This document shows, piece after piece, positions 49,746 to 62,619 of a DNA stretch of 64,000 nucleotides (the stretch's first letter is position 1; the number at the start of each line of letters is the position of its first letter). The position numbers and the translations under genes were made by a program. The DNA lies in NCBI GenBank assembly GCA_965287045.1, contig OZ336894.1, positions 13,268,001 to 13,332,000 on the forward strand, in the 5' to 3' direction. This DNA is from Carcharhinus amblyrhynchos (Eukaryota). Under the pieces are notes generated by a model that worked only from the letters and a program-made list of their open reading frames with translations, was not told where the DNA came from and made no database searches.

Positions 49746-50964
49746 GACATAAGTTGACAAGTTTGTTCTTTATTTCTCTTCATGATCCAGTAACGTCCTT
49801 GTGTATATGCTAAAGTGGGAGTGGGATACTAAACTATGCAAAACTGATTTGAGAATTTAAAAATGACTCCTTAACATAGAAAATGATAACTTACAAATAA
49901 TAGTCACATAAAAGTTAACCAACTCTTACAGGAAATCTGGGACAGAAACACATTTTACATATTTCTGTTCAGTTTAGCTAGAAATTGTTCAAATATGCCA
50001 TAAAGCGGTCTATCACTTGCTGTTTTTATTTTATATTTCAATAAATACCCCAGCTGCTACTGTCTTCTCCTTTGCACAGTTGATCTATTAGTTTTCCACG
50101 CAGAATGGGGTTTATAAATCATCATAATATAGCTTCAGAAATGACTGTGCTAAGGGCTGGAAAAGTAGATTCTAACTAACGGCCCCGGCAGGGAGAAAAA
50201 AACTCGCCTGTGCGCCATCTTCGACAGGTTACTGATGGTGTTTGTTTTCTGTGTCTGTGTGAGTGCCATCAGGGCAGGACTACTGGGATCCCTCTGCATG
50301 CTTCTTAGCCATATTTTACACTCTCTCTGCCATTTAGCAAGAAACAGCTTATTTCAAATCAGGAAAGTAGGGGGATGGGAGAAAATGCAGTGAAAAGGAA
50401 AAGGAGGCACTGGGAAGAAAGAATAGGAAATGTTGCGGGGCGTTGGCGGGGGGAGAGGAAATGTATCAGGGTAGTTGGAAAAGTGCTTGATTAAACTACT
50501 TGGTATTGGCCTGTTTTACATGCATATTTTATATGTAATAATATGCAAAAGTCCTCTATGACAAAGAAATGGCAAACAGTGAGGTTGCAGAAAACAAAGA
50601 GGCATTTTAGCATGACAAAGTCATTTAAAAACAATAATTGGTGGCATCTGTGGTCCATTTCCTCCTGTAACTATATGTCCTGAACAGCCGTGCAAAGTGA
50701 GAATAATGGGTCGTCAACTATCTAGCAGCTTCGAATCTTTGACCAGGATCCATGTTTAATTAGTAGGCAGAAACACAGAACACGTTGTGTAGGCCATGAT
50801 CCTGATCTTCTGTCATAATTCATATACGTGATTGCTATTTTTCAAATAATTTTTTTTGGGACAATCTGAATTTTACATTGTACCATTTGCTTTATATCTT
50901 TATTAGCAGTGTGAAGAAATTGTAACGTGTGTAGTGGGACTTTCAAATACAATCATGTAGTCAC

Positions 50965-51212
50965 AGAAATAAAACCAGAAAATGCTGGAAATACTCAGCA
51001 GGTTATGGCAGCATCTGTGGAGAGAAACAGAGTTAATATTTCAGGTCTGTGACCTTTCATCAGAACTGGGAAAACTTAGAGAGGTAATAGGTTTTGAGCA
51101 AGGAGTGGATGAGATAAGAGGTCACTGTTTCTCTCCACAGATATTGCCATCACCTGCTGAGTATTTCTGGTTTTATGTCAGATTTCCAACATCCGCAGTA
51201 TTCTGCTTTTCA
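50965..51212. mobile_element. Penelope-like remnant with inverted arms and a hammerhead motif
   Basis: Arm GAAATACTCAGCAGGTTATGGCAGCATCTGTGGAGAGAAACAG is mirrored by CTGTTTCTCTCCACAGATATTGCCATCACCTGCTGAGTATTTC. Confidence 0.72.
51031..51067 (-). ncRNA. Minimal type I hammerhead ribozyme motif
   Basis: Minus strand AGTT-CTGATGA-A-AGGTC-ACA-GACCT-GAAA-TAT-T-AACT: intact CUGAUGA and GAAA boxes, stem II, stem I AGTT/AACT and a palindromic loop-less stem III. Confidence 0.55.
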
Positions 51213-51544
51213 ATTCATGTAGTCATAGGCACTCATGTGGGATCACCATTTACCACTGGAAGTATTGTGATTAGTGTGGTGGGTGATACATAGTACATTC
51301 TCCCGCATATCATGAGGAAAAAATGTCAAATGACTGTAACGTTATGCCATGTGCATTCAACTGCATCATGCTCATTTTATTATTGTCAATTCAAACATTA
51401 TAATAATGATGCCGAATACAACAATGAAGAAAACATAAAAATAAAGACATTAAACATGAAAAGGAAATGATAGATTCTACAATGTAGATTATTCCAATTG
51501 GGGAAAAAAAAGGGAAATGAAGCAAAAAGAAAGAAAAAGAATAC

Positions 51545-51915
51545 ACTTGCATTTATATAACACCACTCACAGCCTCAGGATGTCCCAAAGCACTTTACAG
51601 CCATTTACATTGTGAGTGAATGACAAACAGCAATTAGTAAATTACCAAATCATCTATTTTATATGATCTTTGTAGCATAAAAAGAGTTCAGGACACCTAG
51701 AAAGTTCCCCTATTCCTTCAAGTAATGTAGCAGGATCTTTAACATTCACCTGTGACGACAGTGCGTGGATTTAAAGTTTTATCTGAAAGATGGCACCCCG
51801 AAGAGCGAAGTGCTCTGTTCGGCATTGAAATGTCAGTCTAGATTATGCCGATGGGATTTGAACCCAAGACCTTCAGACTCAGAAGCAAAAGCCCTGCCAT
51901 TGAGCCAAGGCTGTG
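51545..51915 (-). mobile_element. DeuSINE/SacSINE-like SINE
   Basis: CTTGCATTTATATAAC tail, GAAAGATGGCACC core, GGGATTTGAACCC B-box complement. Confidence 0.62.
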
Positions 51916-52059
51916 ACTTCAGTGGAGCACAGCTCAATATTACAGTTCTGTTCTGTTTCATGAACTGTTCAATCCTTGCTGCATAGTTCGTGAGATGATG
52001 TGAATCATTTGATTTACTGTGTTTTTGTTCATCTTGACCAAGTAGTATGTAATAGACAA

Positions 52060-52212
52060 TGGGTGGGACTTTCTGCACCCTCTGTGGCATGTTTTGCAGC
52101 AGAGGTGGCCACCATTGGCTGGTGGTGGGATCTTCCAGTCTCACTGGGAATTTGCGCCATCAGTGGGACTAGAAGATCTCTTCAGCAGGAACAGCTGGAA
52201 AATCCCGCCCAA
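52060..52212. mobile_element. Short palindromic MITE-like element
   Basis: Termini TGGGTGGGACTTTC / GAAAATCCCGCCCA; internal inverted pair GGATCTTCCAGTCTCACTG / CAGTGGGACTAGAAGATCT; related copies at ~54167-54380 and ~60747-60868. Confidence 0.65.
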
Positions 52213-52604
52213 TACATTTTCAGTAGTAATTATAGTGAAACTGTCATTACTGCTCTGAAACTGATTGGGACTTCTGGAACTTGCACATGTACAATTATGT
52301 GCAGAAATCCAGAACTTCTTGTCAGTGATTCCTTTTTTCGCTTCTTCATAGATGTACTGCCGAGTTCTCACAGATTGTATTACATTAGAAGTCACTGAAC
52401 TGAAAAAAACTTGTTATTGTGCACTATTAGACTCACTGTTAAAATCCTTGAAATAGATACACTTTATTAATTTTAAGTATGTTTTAACAGCATACTAAGT
52501 TGATAATTGCTGCTAAGCAATCTCTCTACCTGAAAAACTGATTTTACATTTATAGAATGTCAATTTTATCTACCCTGATAAAAACAATTCCATAAGTGAA
52601 ATTT

Positions 52605-52878
52605 TCTCAAAAAAAACAGAAACGAGGAGAATCTACTTCTCTCAAAGGGTCATGAATCTGTGGAATTTGCTATCCTAGAGTGCAGTGGATGTTGGGACAT
52701 TGAGTAAATTTAAGGAAAATATAGACCAATTTTTGATTAGTAATGGATTGAAGGGTTATGGAGAACGGGCAGCAAAGTGGAGTTAAGACCAAGACAAGAT
52801 CAGCCATGATCATATTGAATGGCGGAGTAAGCTTGGGGGGGTTGAATTGCCTACTCTTGCTCCTATTTCTTATATTAT
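52605..52878 (+). mobile_element. CR1 3' tail
   Basis: GAGGAGAATCTACTTCTCTCAAAGGG...GATCAGCCATGATC...CTTGCTCCTATTTCTTAT. Confidence 0.88.
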
Positions 52879-52929
52879 TATAACATGCTGGTGTGAATCA
52901 GATCACAATTTTATCACACAGTCATTTTT

Positions 52930-53752
52930 TCCGAGGGTTAAGTTTTGCTGGTTTTGAGAAGGGCGGGGCCTGGACACACCAGCAAGCCTTGCTTCACAGA
53001 GATTAGGCAACATTTTCAAAGGGTGCCTTGACCTCAAAGTTAAATTCAAGATCCCCTTCCTCCCACCCTCTCCCACAGACATCAGGAACCCCCCTACCCC
53101 CACATTGAAGGCATGTCTCCCCACCTGCTCCACAGCATAAATCTGCAGGATTGGGGCCTTCCAATGGGTCCCCCTTCATTCCCCCCCTTTTATGACCCGC
53201 TTTCATAATCCCCTCAGGCTTTCCCTTCCTGCCAGCCTAAGTCCCCACATCCCCTCAGACCTCATCCACTTGGCACTACCCCCAGCACTCTGGCAGTGCC
53301 AACCTGGTAGTGCCATCTGCCACACTAGATGGCACTGTCTGACAGACACTGCCTAGCCATGTCCCCGACCATCCAGGGATTTTATTGGCCTCTGAACAGC
53401 CTCCCAACCCCACCCATTGGCATGGCCATCATGCTTGGTCTCAGTTCATGGAGACCAGTAGTGATTCTCGCTGGGTTCCCGCTGTGCCCAAGAATCAGAG
53501 ACTCCCAGAAACATGGAGAGCTCAGCCTCAAATGGACTAGGTATATTTAAATGCTTATTTAAATATGCTAATCTGATTCCCACCCTCACTGACCAGGAAT
53601 CAGATTACATCCAGGCATGCTGGCTAGGAGGATTGCAGTGGGGTTTTGCGCCAGCGCTGAATGCGTTCAATCCCTCATCCACAATTCTCTGATCCAATGC
53701 TGCCCAAATGTGATCTTTGCTAGCCATGGTGTGGCTGGGAAATCACAGCCCT
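52930..53752. mobile_element. GC-rich non-autonomous element related to 61070-62234
   Basis: C-rich body, shared GGCAGTGCCAA motif and right end GAAATCACAGCCC (vs AAAATGACAGCC). Confidence 0.5.
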
Positions 53753-54712
53753 CATATTTTAACGTTTATTTTTAGGTTTATGATATTTCAACTTTTTAAT
53801 CCCAGATGTATGTTTCAATTGTTATTTCACCCTCTGTAAAATTATATTAAAAAATGATGCATTGGTGCATTTTACCTCCTGGTTTGTTCCTGTGAGAATA
53901 CTTAATGCAATTGCTGCTTAACCTGCTAAGTAATCTAACTGTTGCAAACATGAAGATCTCTGACTTGGCACCAGATCCAAACTAATATCAGAAAAGGGGA
54001 AATCCTTACTTCCAGAATCTCTAAATTTTTTTTATGTAACTGGCAAGCCCTGTCAATATGCTGCTGACCACAAAATCAGGGCCAGTGTATTTATGTAATA
54101 TGTGGAATTGAATTAGTGACTGTACTTCTTGTTCCAAGTTAAAGTGTAGATTGCAAGCAGTAACTGTGGGTGGGATTTTGCAGCTCACTGGTGACATGTT
54201 TTCCGGGGGCAGAAGTGGCTCACCATGGGGTGCCAGTGGGATCTTCTGGTCCTGCTGATGTCAGTGACATCTTGTGTGGCTCACACGTTCACAGCTACTT
54301 CTTGAGGACCTTGTTCTAGAGGTTGCTATTGGTGGAACTGAAAAATGCTGCTGGCAGTAGGGTCTGAAAATATTGCCCTTTGCCTCCTAATTGACTCAAT
54401 TGTCAGGTTTCACGTAGCCATGAAATACAAGGGCTAAAATATAGAGATCTATTTCTTTGTTTGTGAGATGTACATATTAATGTCACAAAGTTTGGATTAA
54501 ACTTTCATATTGGTCTCCTGTAAATTTTTCTTATTTTTGTATTTTTTCAACCTTTGTAATGGTCTCAGGTGAACAACTTTGTTACATGGGTACTTTTAAT
54601 CCTGTATGTACTGAATATATTTGACTGTTACTTCCTCTTGTAAGAAAATGGAAACACATTCTGGTTGCAGACTGCTATATTCAATATAAAACTTTCAGGA
54701 CAGTATCACAGG

Positions 54713-55047
54713 ATCATAGAATCCCTACAGTGAAGGAGAATGCCATTCAGCCCATCAAGTCTTCACTGACTCTCCGAAAAAGCATCCCACCCAGGCCTTA
54801 TCCCTGTAACCCCACACATTTACCATTACCAATCCACCTAACCTGCACATCTCTGGACGCTAAGAGGCAATTTACCATGGCCAATCCACCTAACCTTCAC
54901 ATCTTTGGACTGTGGGGGGAGGGAAACTAGAGCACCCAGAGGAGACCCAAGCAAACTCCACACAGACAGTCACCCAAAGCCAGAATTTAATCAGGTCCTG
55001 GGATGCTGTGAGGCAGCAGTGCTAAAGGCTGTGCCACTGTGCCACCA
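54713..55047 (-). mobile_element. HE1-type SINE with internal duplication
   Basis: CCAATCCACCTAACC..CACATC occurs twice (~54829 and ~54881). Confidence 0.87.
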
Positions 55048-55616
55048 TATCATTCTAACTAACGTTAAGAATGAATGAACAATAACAGGGATGCCATTTT
55101 GCTAAAGATGTTGTAATGTTTCAAATTTCTCCCCTTTTTTTATAACTAGCTGTACCAATTAAAATCTGTTCTCAATGGCAAAATACAGGACAAATCTCAC
55201 TCTATTTATAAAACATAATTGATACAAAAATGTAAATGCAAAGTTCCAATGCTCCAATTACACATTTTTTGAATATTTGGCAGGAAAGGTGGGCAAAACA
55301 ATAATTGTTGTGTTCCTGTGAGAAAAATAAAACTTGTACATGGTGCCTACATTAATTAAAGCTCTTTGTAGCACAGCATTGCTGACAGAAATCCTTTGTT
55401 CCATTGAAATCTGAACTTGTATCCCTAAAATGGTTACTGTTACTATAGTTTTCCTGCCTCCACCCTTCCTAAGATTGACAAATAGCTTTAATTAAAATAA
55501 GTTCTAAGATTTGAAGCACTGTGAAATAAATTATCTCCAACAACTCAATGCTTTCTTCTTTTGCCATTTACTTATCATGAACATTTTATATCAGGGTGAG
55601 TTGACCATGCAGGTGA

Positions 55617-55942
55617 GGGTGTCATGGTTGCACAGTGGTCAGTACAACTTCCTCACAATTCCAGGGACCTGGGTTCAATTCCAGCCTTGGGTGACTGTCT
55701 GTGTGGGTTTCCTCGGGGTCTTTGTTTTCCACAGTCCAAAGATGTACAGGTTAGGTGGATTGGTCATGCTAAATTGTCCTTTGGTGTCCCAAGATGTGTA
55801 GGTTAAATGGATTAGCCATGGTAAATGTTTGGGGGTTACAGGGATAGGATGGGGAAGAGTGCCTGGGTAAGATACTCAGTCAGATAATCAGTGCAGATTC
55901 AATGAGCTAAATGGTCTCTTCTGCATTGTAAGGATTCTGTGA
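55617..55942 (+). mobile_element. HE1-type SINE
   Basis: Diverged head, GGGTTCAATTCC, tail CTGCATTGTAAGGATTCTGTGA. Confidence 0.85.
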
Positions 55943-58900
55943 GATTGCTGGGAAGAAAAGAAAGCTACCTGACATTGCAAACACAACAGTGCAAAAAATA
56001 TCCATTGTTGAGATGGGATATGAGGGAAATAATCTACACGTTTTTGTCAATAATAATGCACAGGTTTTATAGCTGTAAGTTTTAGAAAACTCAAGGGGAT
56101 AAAGTGGACTGTAGCCTCCTTAAATGGATTGTGGTGCTATCATGACATCTCTACTTCAGTGTAAATGACGTGGTAACCTTTGCCTTCTTGCTCTTTCTCA
56201 GACCCATCCCATCAGCTGAGTGCTGAATGCTGATATGGCAAGGAGCAGTTAATGAAATGACACTTTCAAAACACAACAAGGTCATCAATAATGTTTTAAT
56301 TATTCTCATCAGTGTCAGAGTGTTGGCTATCCCCTGATGGCTGTCGGCAGCAGTTGTGCTGGCTAAAAGAGGTTTGTCCCCCTGCTGTTTGGCTTTGATG
56401 GTGTGCAGAATAAATCCTTGCTCCTTTTAATTCCCAGAGCAAGTGTAAAGATGAGATTAGTGCCACAATTTACTTCTTGCTTCACTCTGTGGAACAAGGC
56501 AGCTAACGGAATAGTTTCTATTGTATTCTTTATCTTTTAAATTCTAGGATAGGTTGTGGGGTTAGTGATTACCTTTTCATTGGTGATCAATCAGTTCTAT
56601 GTTCATGTCAAAGCTGTGTATCCTTTTTTGTGTGTTTACTTTGATCACTGTTAGGTCAATCAAATAAATGGTACTACAGCTAATTCTGCATAAATCAATA
56701 CCTGAAACATATCATTTAACTGAATATAAAATTGAAAAATCAGGATCCTCTAGTCTCCAAGTTCCTGCTGTAACTATCCTTGTTAATTGTGTTTTGTTAA
56801 TGCATTCCTCCATGAGCTCTTGCCATGGAAATAGATTAAGTTCTGTATGTAACAGAAAAGCATTAAAAAATACACAAAACATATGATGAATGCCCTCAAA
56901 TGTAAATGTTTTGCTTTTAACTAAATCATAACAGAAAGGCAAGTCAATTCACCTACTTAATATTTTCAATGGTAATGGAGAGTAGGGTGTTGCCTAAAGT
57001 CAGAGGACATGCTGTTTTAAAAGGATGTCAGCATTATACCAAGTAAAACACAGCATGTGATTTCCTTATTAAGGAATTACTTAAACTGCCTGTTTAAGAT
57101 TTTCCTTGGGTATATCTTGAGATAAATGACAGGCTAATTGGTCTTAGGTTCTGTGGCTGATTAGAGGGAAATTTCTACTATTATGGAATAATTGACTGAT
57201 AACACAGGAAATTATTGGCTTTTCTGACTCCAAAAAAAACTAGTAAGTATAATGCAAAGGGTGGTAAGCGTGTGTCAGAATCTTTACATTTGTCCACCTA
57301 TCTGTCTGTCTGTCCGTCTACCTATCCATCAAACCTTGTTGAAAATTAAAATTATCATAAAATTTGTGGCATCTTGGGATATTAATTAAACAAATATGTC
57401 ATTGTTGCTTTAAGGGTTAAATGATATTTTAAAGTTCAGTTGTGTCTAAACTGTGGCTTCCCATGCAGTCTATATATATCCTTCAATGATTCCTGGGATG
57501 CCTTTGTATTATGTTTACACATCTGGATCATTTCTACATTAAAGCTGATATTTCTTCATTGCACAAAAATATGATTTAAATGGGGACTGCTTTAGAAAAC
57601 TATTAAGTTAACTGACAGAATTAGACCTCCCCAATTTATAAACTTGCACTCATACATAGACTGCATACAAATGTAATTTTAAAAAGACACTTGCGTGCAT
57701 TGCAGGCATTCTTGTAAGTATTTTCTCTTTCATGTCAACTAAGCACAGGAAATATCAAAGGTTAAAAAAAACTATCAAATGCTAGCTACTACATGGTTTA
57801 AATCCAGTAAAGAAACATGAGCGATCAATTGTAGTATCTTCTGGAAGGGAAGATATTCTATTGTACCTGGCCACATAAGTAAATGTTTTCCAATTGCTCA
57901 AAGTAGTAAAGCAAGACAATGTACATCTGTGAGAACAGATTGTATAAATGTAAATATGAATTCCAAATTGTTCAGTTTTTCCAAGCACTGATAGGAATTC
58001 TTTCCTAAAGTCCGTAGGTGATTTTTTTCCTTGCCATTATTACAAAATAGAACCAAAGAAAGGTGTAAAACCATAAAATATTTCAGAACAGTATTCTTGT
58101 GTTAATGAACACTAGGATAGCATCATTGCCACATGTCTCAGACAGCTAACAAATTGTTTCCATTTTAATCCTCTTCTACCCATTATTGCTAAAACATCAA
58201 TTTATTGCTGAAAGTGGTTGTCAAAATTTAACTTTTTTTCCAATTTAATAATATAACATCTTTACGTTATTGGTGATTTTAAAAAGGAAATAAATTTTAT
58301 ATTCTGGCCTTTTAATCCCCATCGCATAACCTTGCATTATCTGTAATTGAAAGGATGGTCAGATAATTTGCTCCCAGGCCTTTTGTTGGGAAAATTGAGA
58401 GAGCAGTCTCCCAAGAGGATTTTTTCTCTGTCCCTTTTCACAGAGAAAACTATCAAGCCTCCACTAGATGGTACCTTCTTCCCCATTAAATGGCTGGTAC
58501 CAAAAACTCATTGGTCAGGAAGACAGTTTTTCACACTAGATTGTTGAAATACCAGTAAATCATCTGGTAAAGTTAGAAAGAAAAACTGTTGTGATGTTAA
58601 TTGCAGTATGAGTTTTTTTTATATTATTTTAGAACAACCAGGAAGTGCTTTCTTCCATGTCTCAATCCATAAACCCATTGTAAGATGTAGAAGAGAGAAG
58701 TTCTAGTTGAGACATTACAAAGAAGATATGGTAGCTTCTGAAAGGATACATAAGAGAATGATTGAGGGGATAGAGTATAAAGAACAATTATGTAAATTGG
58801 GTATGTTCTCACAGAAAACAGTAATATGATTGCTGCCCTTACTTGCTCCTGAATAGCATAACCAAAGAACATTGCTTAACTTTGAAGATGGTTAAACTCA

Positions 58901-59084
58901 AAAATAATTTGCAGAAGCATTGGCCCAGATTTATGGTCATGGTGTGGTGAAGGCATTCACTGCTGGCAAAAAAATTCCCAACAAAGTTCTAGGATTTTAT
59001 GTTTCCCTATGTTAGTTGGAAACTTGTGCTATGTTGATGGGATCTCCAAACATCCAACATTGATGTAATCAAGCAGGATAAAAC

Positions 59085-59385
59085 TTTAAAGTTTATTTAT
59101 TAGTGTCACAAGTAGGCTTACATTAACACTCCAGGAAGTTACTGTGAAAGTCCCCTAGTCGCCACACTCTGTCACTTGTTCGGGTACACCGAGGAAGAAT
59201 TTAGCATGGCCAATATACCCCTAACCAACACATCTTTCGGACTGTGGGAGGAAACCAGAGCACCCAGAGGAAACCCACGCAGACACAGGGAGAATGTGCA
59301 GACTCCACAAGAGAGTGACCCAAGCTGGGAATAGAATCTGGATCTCTGGCGCTGTGAGACAGCAGTGCTAACCACTGTGGCATCG
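59085..59385 (-). mobile_element. HE1-type SINE, alternative-tail variant
   Basis: AAAGTTTATTTATTAGTGTCACAAGTAGGC ... GCAGTGCTAACCACTGTG on the plus strand. Confidence 0.9.
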
Positions 59386-60949
59386 GATAAGTAACCAATC
59401 ACATTGAATTATTCTCATAGACCACAAATCAGGAAGCTAAATGTATCTTTTCTTAAGAACATTTTACAGAGAATGAAATAAATGCTTGGAACACACATGG
59501 GATAAAGGAAGCAGCTAAAATATCATAACCAAACTTAAAGAAAAATCTTAAAATGTTCATTTTTTTATCCTAATGGGGAAATTTGATATACCATGAATAA
59601 AAAATTAGTCTTCCAAAATAAGATAAGTTTTTCATTGGTAATTAAGAACATAATGCACATTAAAACAATTATGTCTCATTCAACTAGGTGTATTTGCATT
59701 ATCATTACGTCAGTGGTTTCTAATCCATTGTGTTCTGTGGGGACTTCAACAGTGCACCTTTGGATGTTGCTGCAAGCAGTTTAGTATTGTTGAACACTAA
59801 CCAAGAAATGGGTCATGGGTGCCCAAATTCATTTTACACAGGAGCCTTGCAGCTGAAAGAGAAATCTTTCACAGATTTAAATTGAACACTTACAACCCAC
59901 TTCCCATCCAGTCTCCATAAAATATTATATTAAGAATTTTGGACAGAACTACTATCCCCTATTATAAGCAGATTGCAGCCAAATTAATTATTTTTATTAA
60001 TAGTTAATAAACAAAAAAGAATGTATTAGTGCACCTCTAATTCAGGCACGTCAAGTATGCATGTAATGCTTAAAAGAATGGAAATGTAGAGAATCTGGCT
60101 CTGTATATTGAAATGATAACACTTGGCATAGAAAACATTTTTGACATGCAATCAAAATACAGCATGTCTACTTTCTGAGTATTGAGGGCAGAATTTTCCC
60201 CTTATTCATAATGAGCGAGGAAACATTTGATCCTGGATGTCTTTTGCAGCTTTCAAAATCTGTGTTTTCTGTCACTTAACAGCAGTGCCACAAATGTTTT
60301 CCTGTCAGTTCCTAATGCTGAATATCATCCAATTACACAAATGTACAAAGCCACAAAATATATATTTTTACTGTTTAAAATTTTTTACATGAGTTAAAAG
60401 AAGGAAATCTAGTTATTATTTTGGAGCAAATATTAGTGCCATCAAGTCAAGGCTAAATATGAAATGACCAATCACAACATTGTAAAGGCCTTCTCACTGC
60501 ACTTAATTGTGAAGATCACCATGATTATGCAATATTTTGGGTAATGTTTTAGATTCAGCTCATTCCAACTCATTTTGTTTTGCTAGGAATTTTCTTTCCC
60601 CTTCTTTATTTGGCTCCTTCCCTTCCTCGAAAGATGCAATTTCCGTTAACAAGAGATGTGTGAGCATCACACTGCTTGTCCAACTTCCAATACTGTTTGA
60701 GCAAAATTTCGCACCAACTAAATGTTGGAAAAACTGAAGCTGCTGACTGGAATTTTCCAGCACCTCTGGCCGGCCAGATCTTCAATCCTATCGAAGTCAA
60801 TGAACATCAGAATGGCTTGCTGCATCCGCTAAAGGCACCTGTCAAGGCAGGGCTGGAAACTTCTGGCCATTATCGCTGACCCTGCCAATAACTTCATTTC
60901 CTTGCCACAACTCCATCTTTCCATACCTAATTGCATGAGAAGCAATTGA

Positions 60950-62600
60950 AAGAAGGTTCATTTGACAAATTCCTGGGGTAAAGGATGTTATTGCATCAGG
61001 AAAGGTTAAAGAAGTTGAGATGTATCTACTGGACTTTATAAGAATAAAAGGGATCTTATTGAAACGTAGAGGGTGGAGTTCTATGAGAAAATTTCTAAGT
61101 GTCCAGTTAACATGAAAATGGGAGAGTTGCAGATAAGTTTTCTGGGTGAGATTTTACTCCTAATTTTATGCACTTAGTACATGAGAAACTGGGCCAGACT
61201 GTTTCTAGCTACTAGAGGAAGTGGGTGGAGCTTAATTCACCAGTCAGTCTGATCAGACAGCAGAGGGAGTTATTGTGCATGTGCAGACGTCTGTGGCTGC
61301 ACATGCGCATAGCAACAGCAGAGGCCTGACAGAGAGAGTGAGAGATCTGTCAGGCCTCTACTGTTGTGGCCAGCTTCAGATCAGTCCACCATCTGCAATT
61401 GCAGAGACCCATGACAGATCGTGAGCTCCATACCGCTCAAAAATATAGCCCCTGCCATTTCTCCCCCCCCATCTCCCAGACCCACACCCCCAAGTCCCCC
61501 ACCAGTTGTCTGCAGAGCAGCAGCGGGCCCACTGATCTCAGGCAGAGTGCGCAGCAGGACCCCCTACCTCTCCTCATCAATCACAGAGTGCAAAGCAGGT
61601 GCCCTGCTCCCCACCACCACCCCCTGCCAATTGCAGCCAGAGTGTGCAGAGGGCCACCCCCTCCATCCCCTCACAATTACAGGTAGAGTATGCAATGGAC
61701 CCCACTTCCCACAGGCCCTGCTGCTTTGGTTCTGTCCATTTTATGCCCTACCCCCACAGGCCTTGCCCCTTCCAGCCCCACCCGTGGAACTGCATTGCCA
61801 AGGTGCCTGGTGGGCATTGTCAAGATACCAGGCTGGCAGTGCCAAGGTCCCAGGCACTCTCCTCTTGCCCTCGACCTCCCTGGGTTCCCTCAATGGCCTC
61901 CAGTTCTACCATTGAGGGCATCACAACTGTTCCCCATTCCTGGGGAGCAGGAATTTTCCTCGCCAGAGAGAACCTCTCCCAGCAAGACCACAAAGGCAAG
62001 TGAGCCTGGATGATCAAGTACTGGGCTCGCTAAATGGATGCAAATAAGCATTTTAATAAATTTAAATTAATTATTCAGCCTATTTCTGGAAATGGACAAG
62101 AGGCTGACTGCGCTGGATATCTGGGGCCGGTAAGATCACAAGAGCCGAGAATTCAGGCATGATCCTGATTTCTCGGCTGTCTTGCAATTTTACCGGCTCT
62201 CTCCAGCCATTGATGAGCTGATAAAATGACAGCCATGATATCCTAAGGGGACTTGACAGGTTGGTACTGAGAGGATGCTGTCCCTTATGAAAGGGACTAA
62301 AGCTAGGGGACACCATTTAAAAATAGGAGGTCTCCCATATATGACAGAGATGAGGAGAATATTTTTCTGTTGGAGAGTTTTTAGCCTCCTCTTCCTTGGT
62401 GAGCAGTGGAGGCAGGGTCATTAAATATCTTTAAGGCTAAGTTAGATAGACTCTGGATTGACAATGGAGTCAAGGGTTATGGAAGGTCGGCAGGAAAATG
62501 GAATTGAGATCATAATCAGATTGGCCATGATGTTATCAAATGGTGAAGCAGACCCAAAGGGCCAAATGGCTTACTCCTGCTTTTAAATCATATTATTGCA
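60950..62600 (+). mobile_element. CR1 3' fragment split by a ~1.16-kb insertion
   Basis: GATCTTATTGAAACGTA | insertion | ATGATATCCTAAGGGGACTTGACAGG, then a CR1 tail to ~62590. Confidence 0.8.
61070..62234. mobile_element. GC-rich non-autonomous TIR-like element
   Basis: Cleanly interrupts a CR1; contains internal short repeats (GCAG..AGAGTG.GCA) and sub-terminal inverted segments; no transposase-like ORF. Confidence 0.6.
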
Positions 62601-62619
62601 TGTATCCCTCTCCCTGGAA

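Noticed and set aside
61366-62017. Overlapping Pro-rich ORFs of 65-164 aa
   Set aside because: A by-product of C-rich repeat sequence inserted in a CR1; no recognisable domain.
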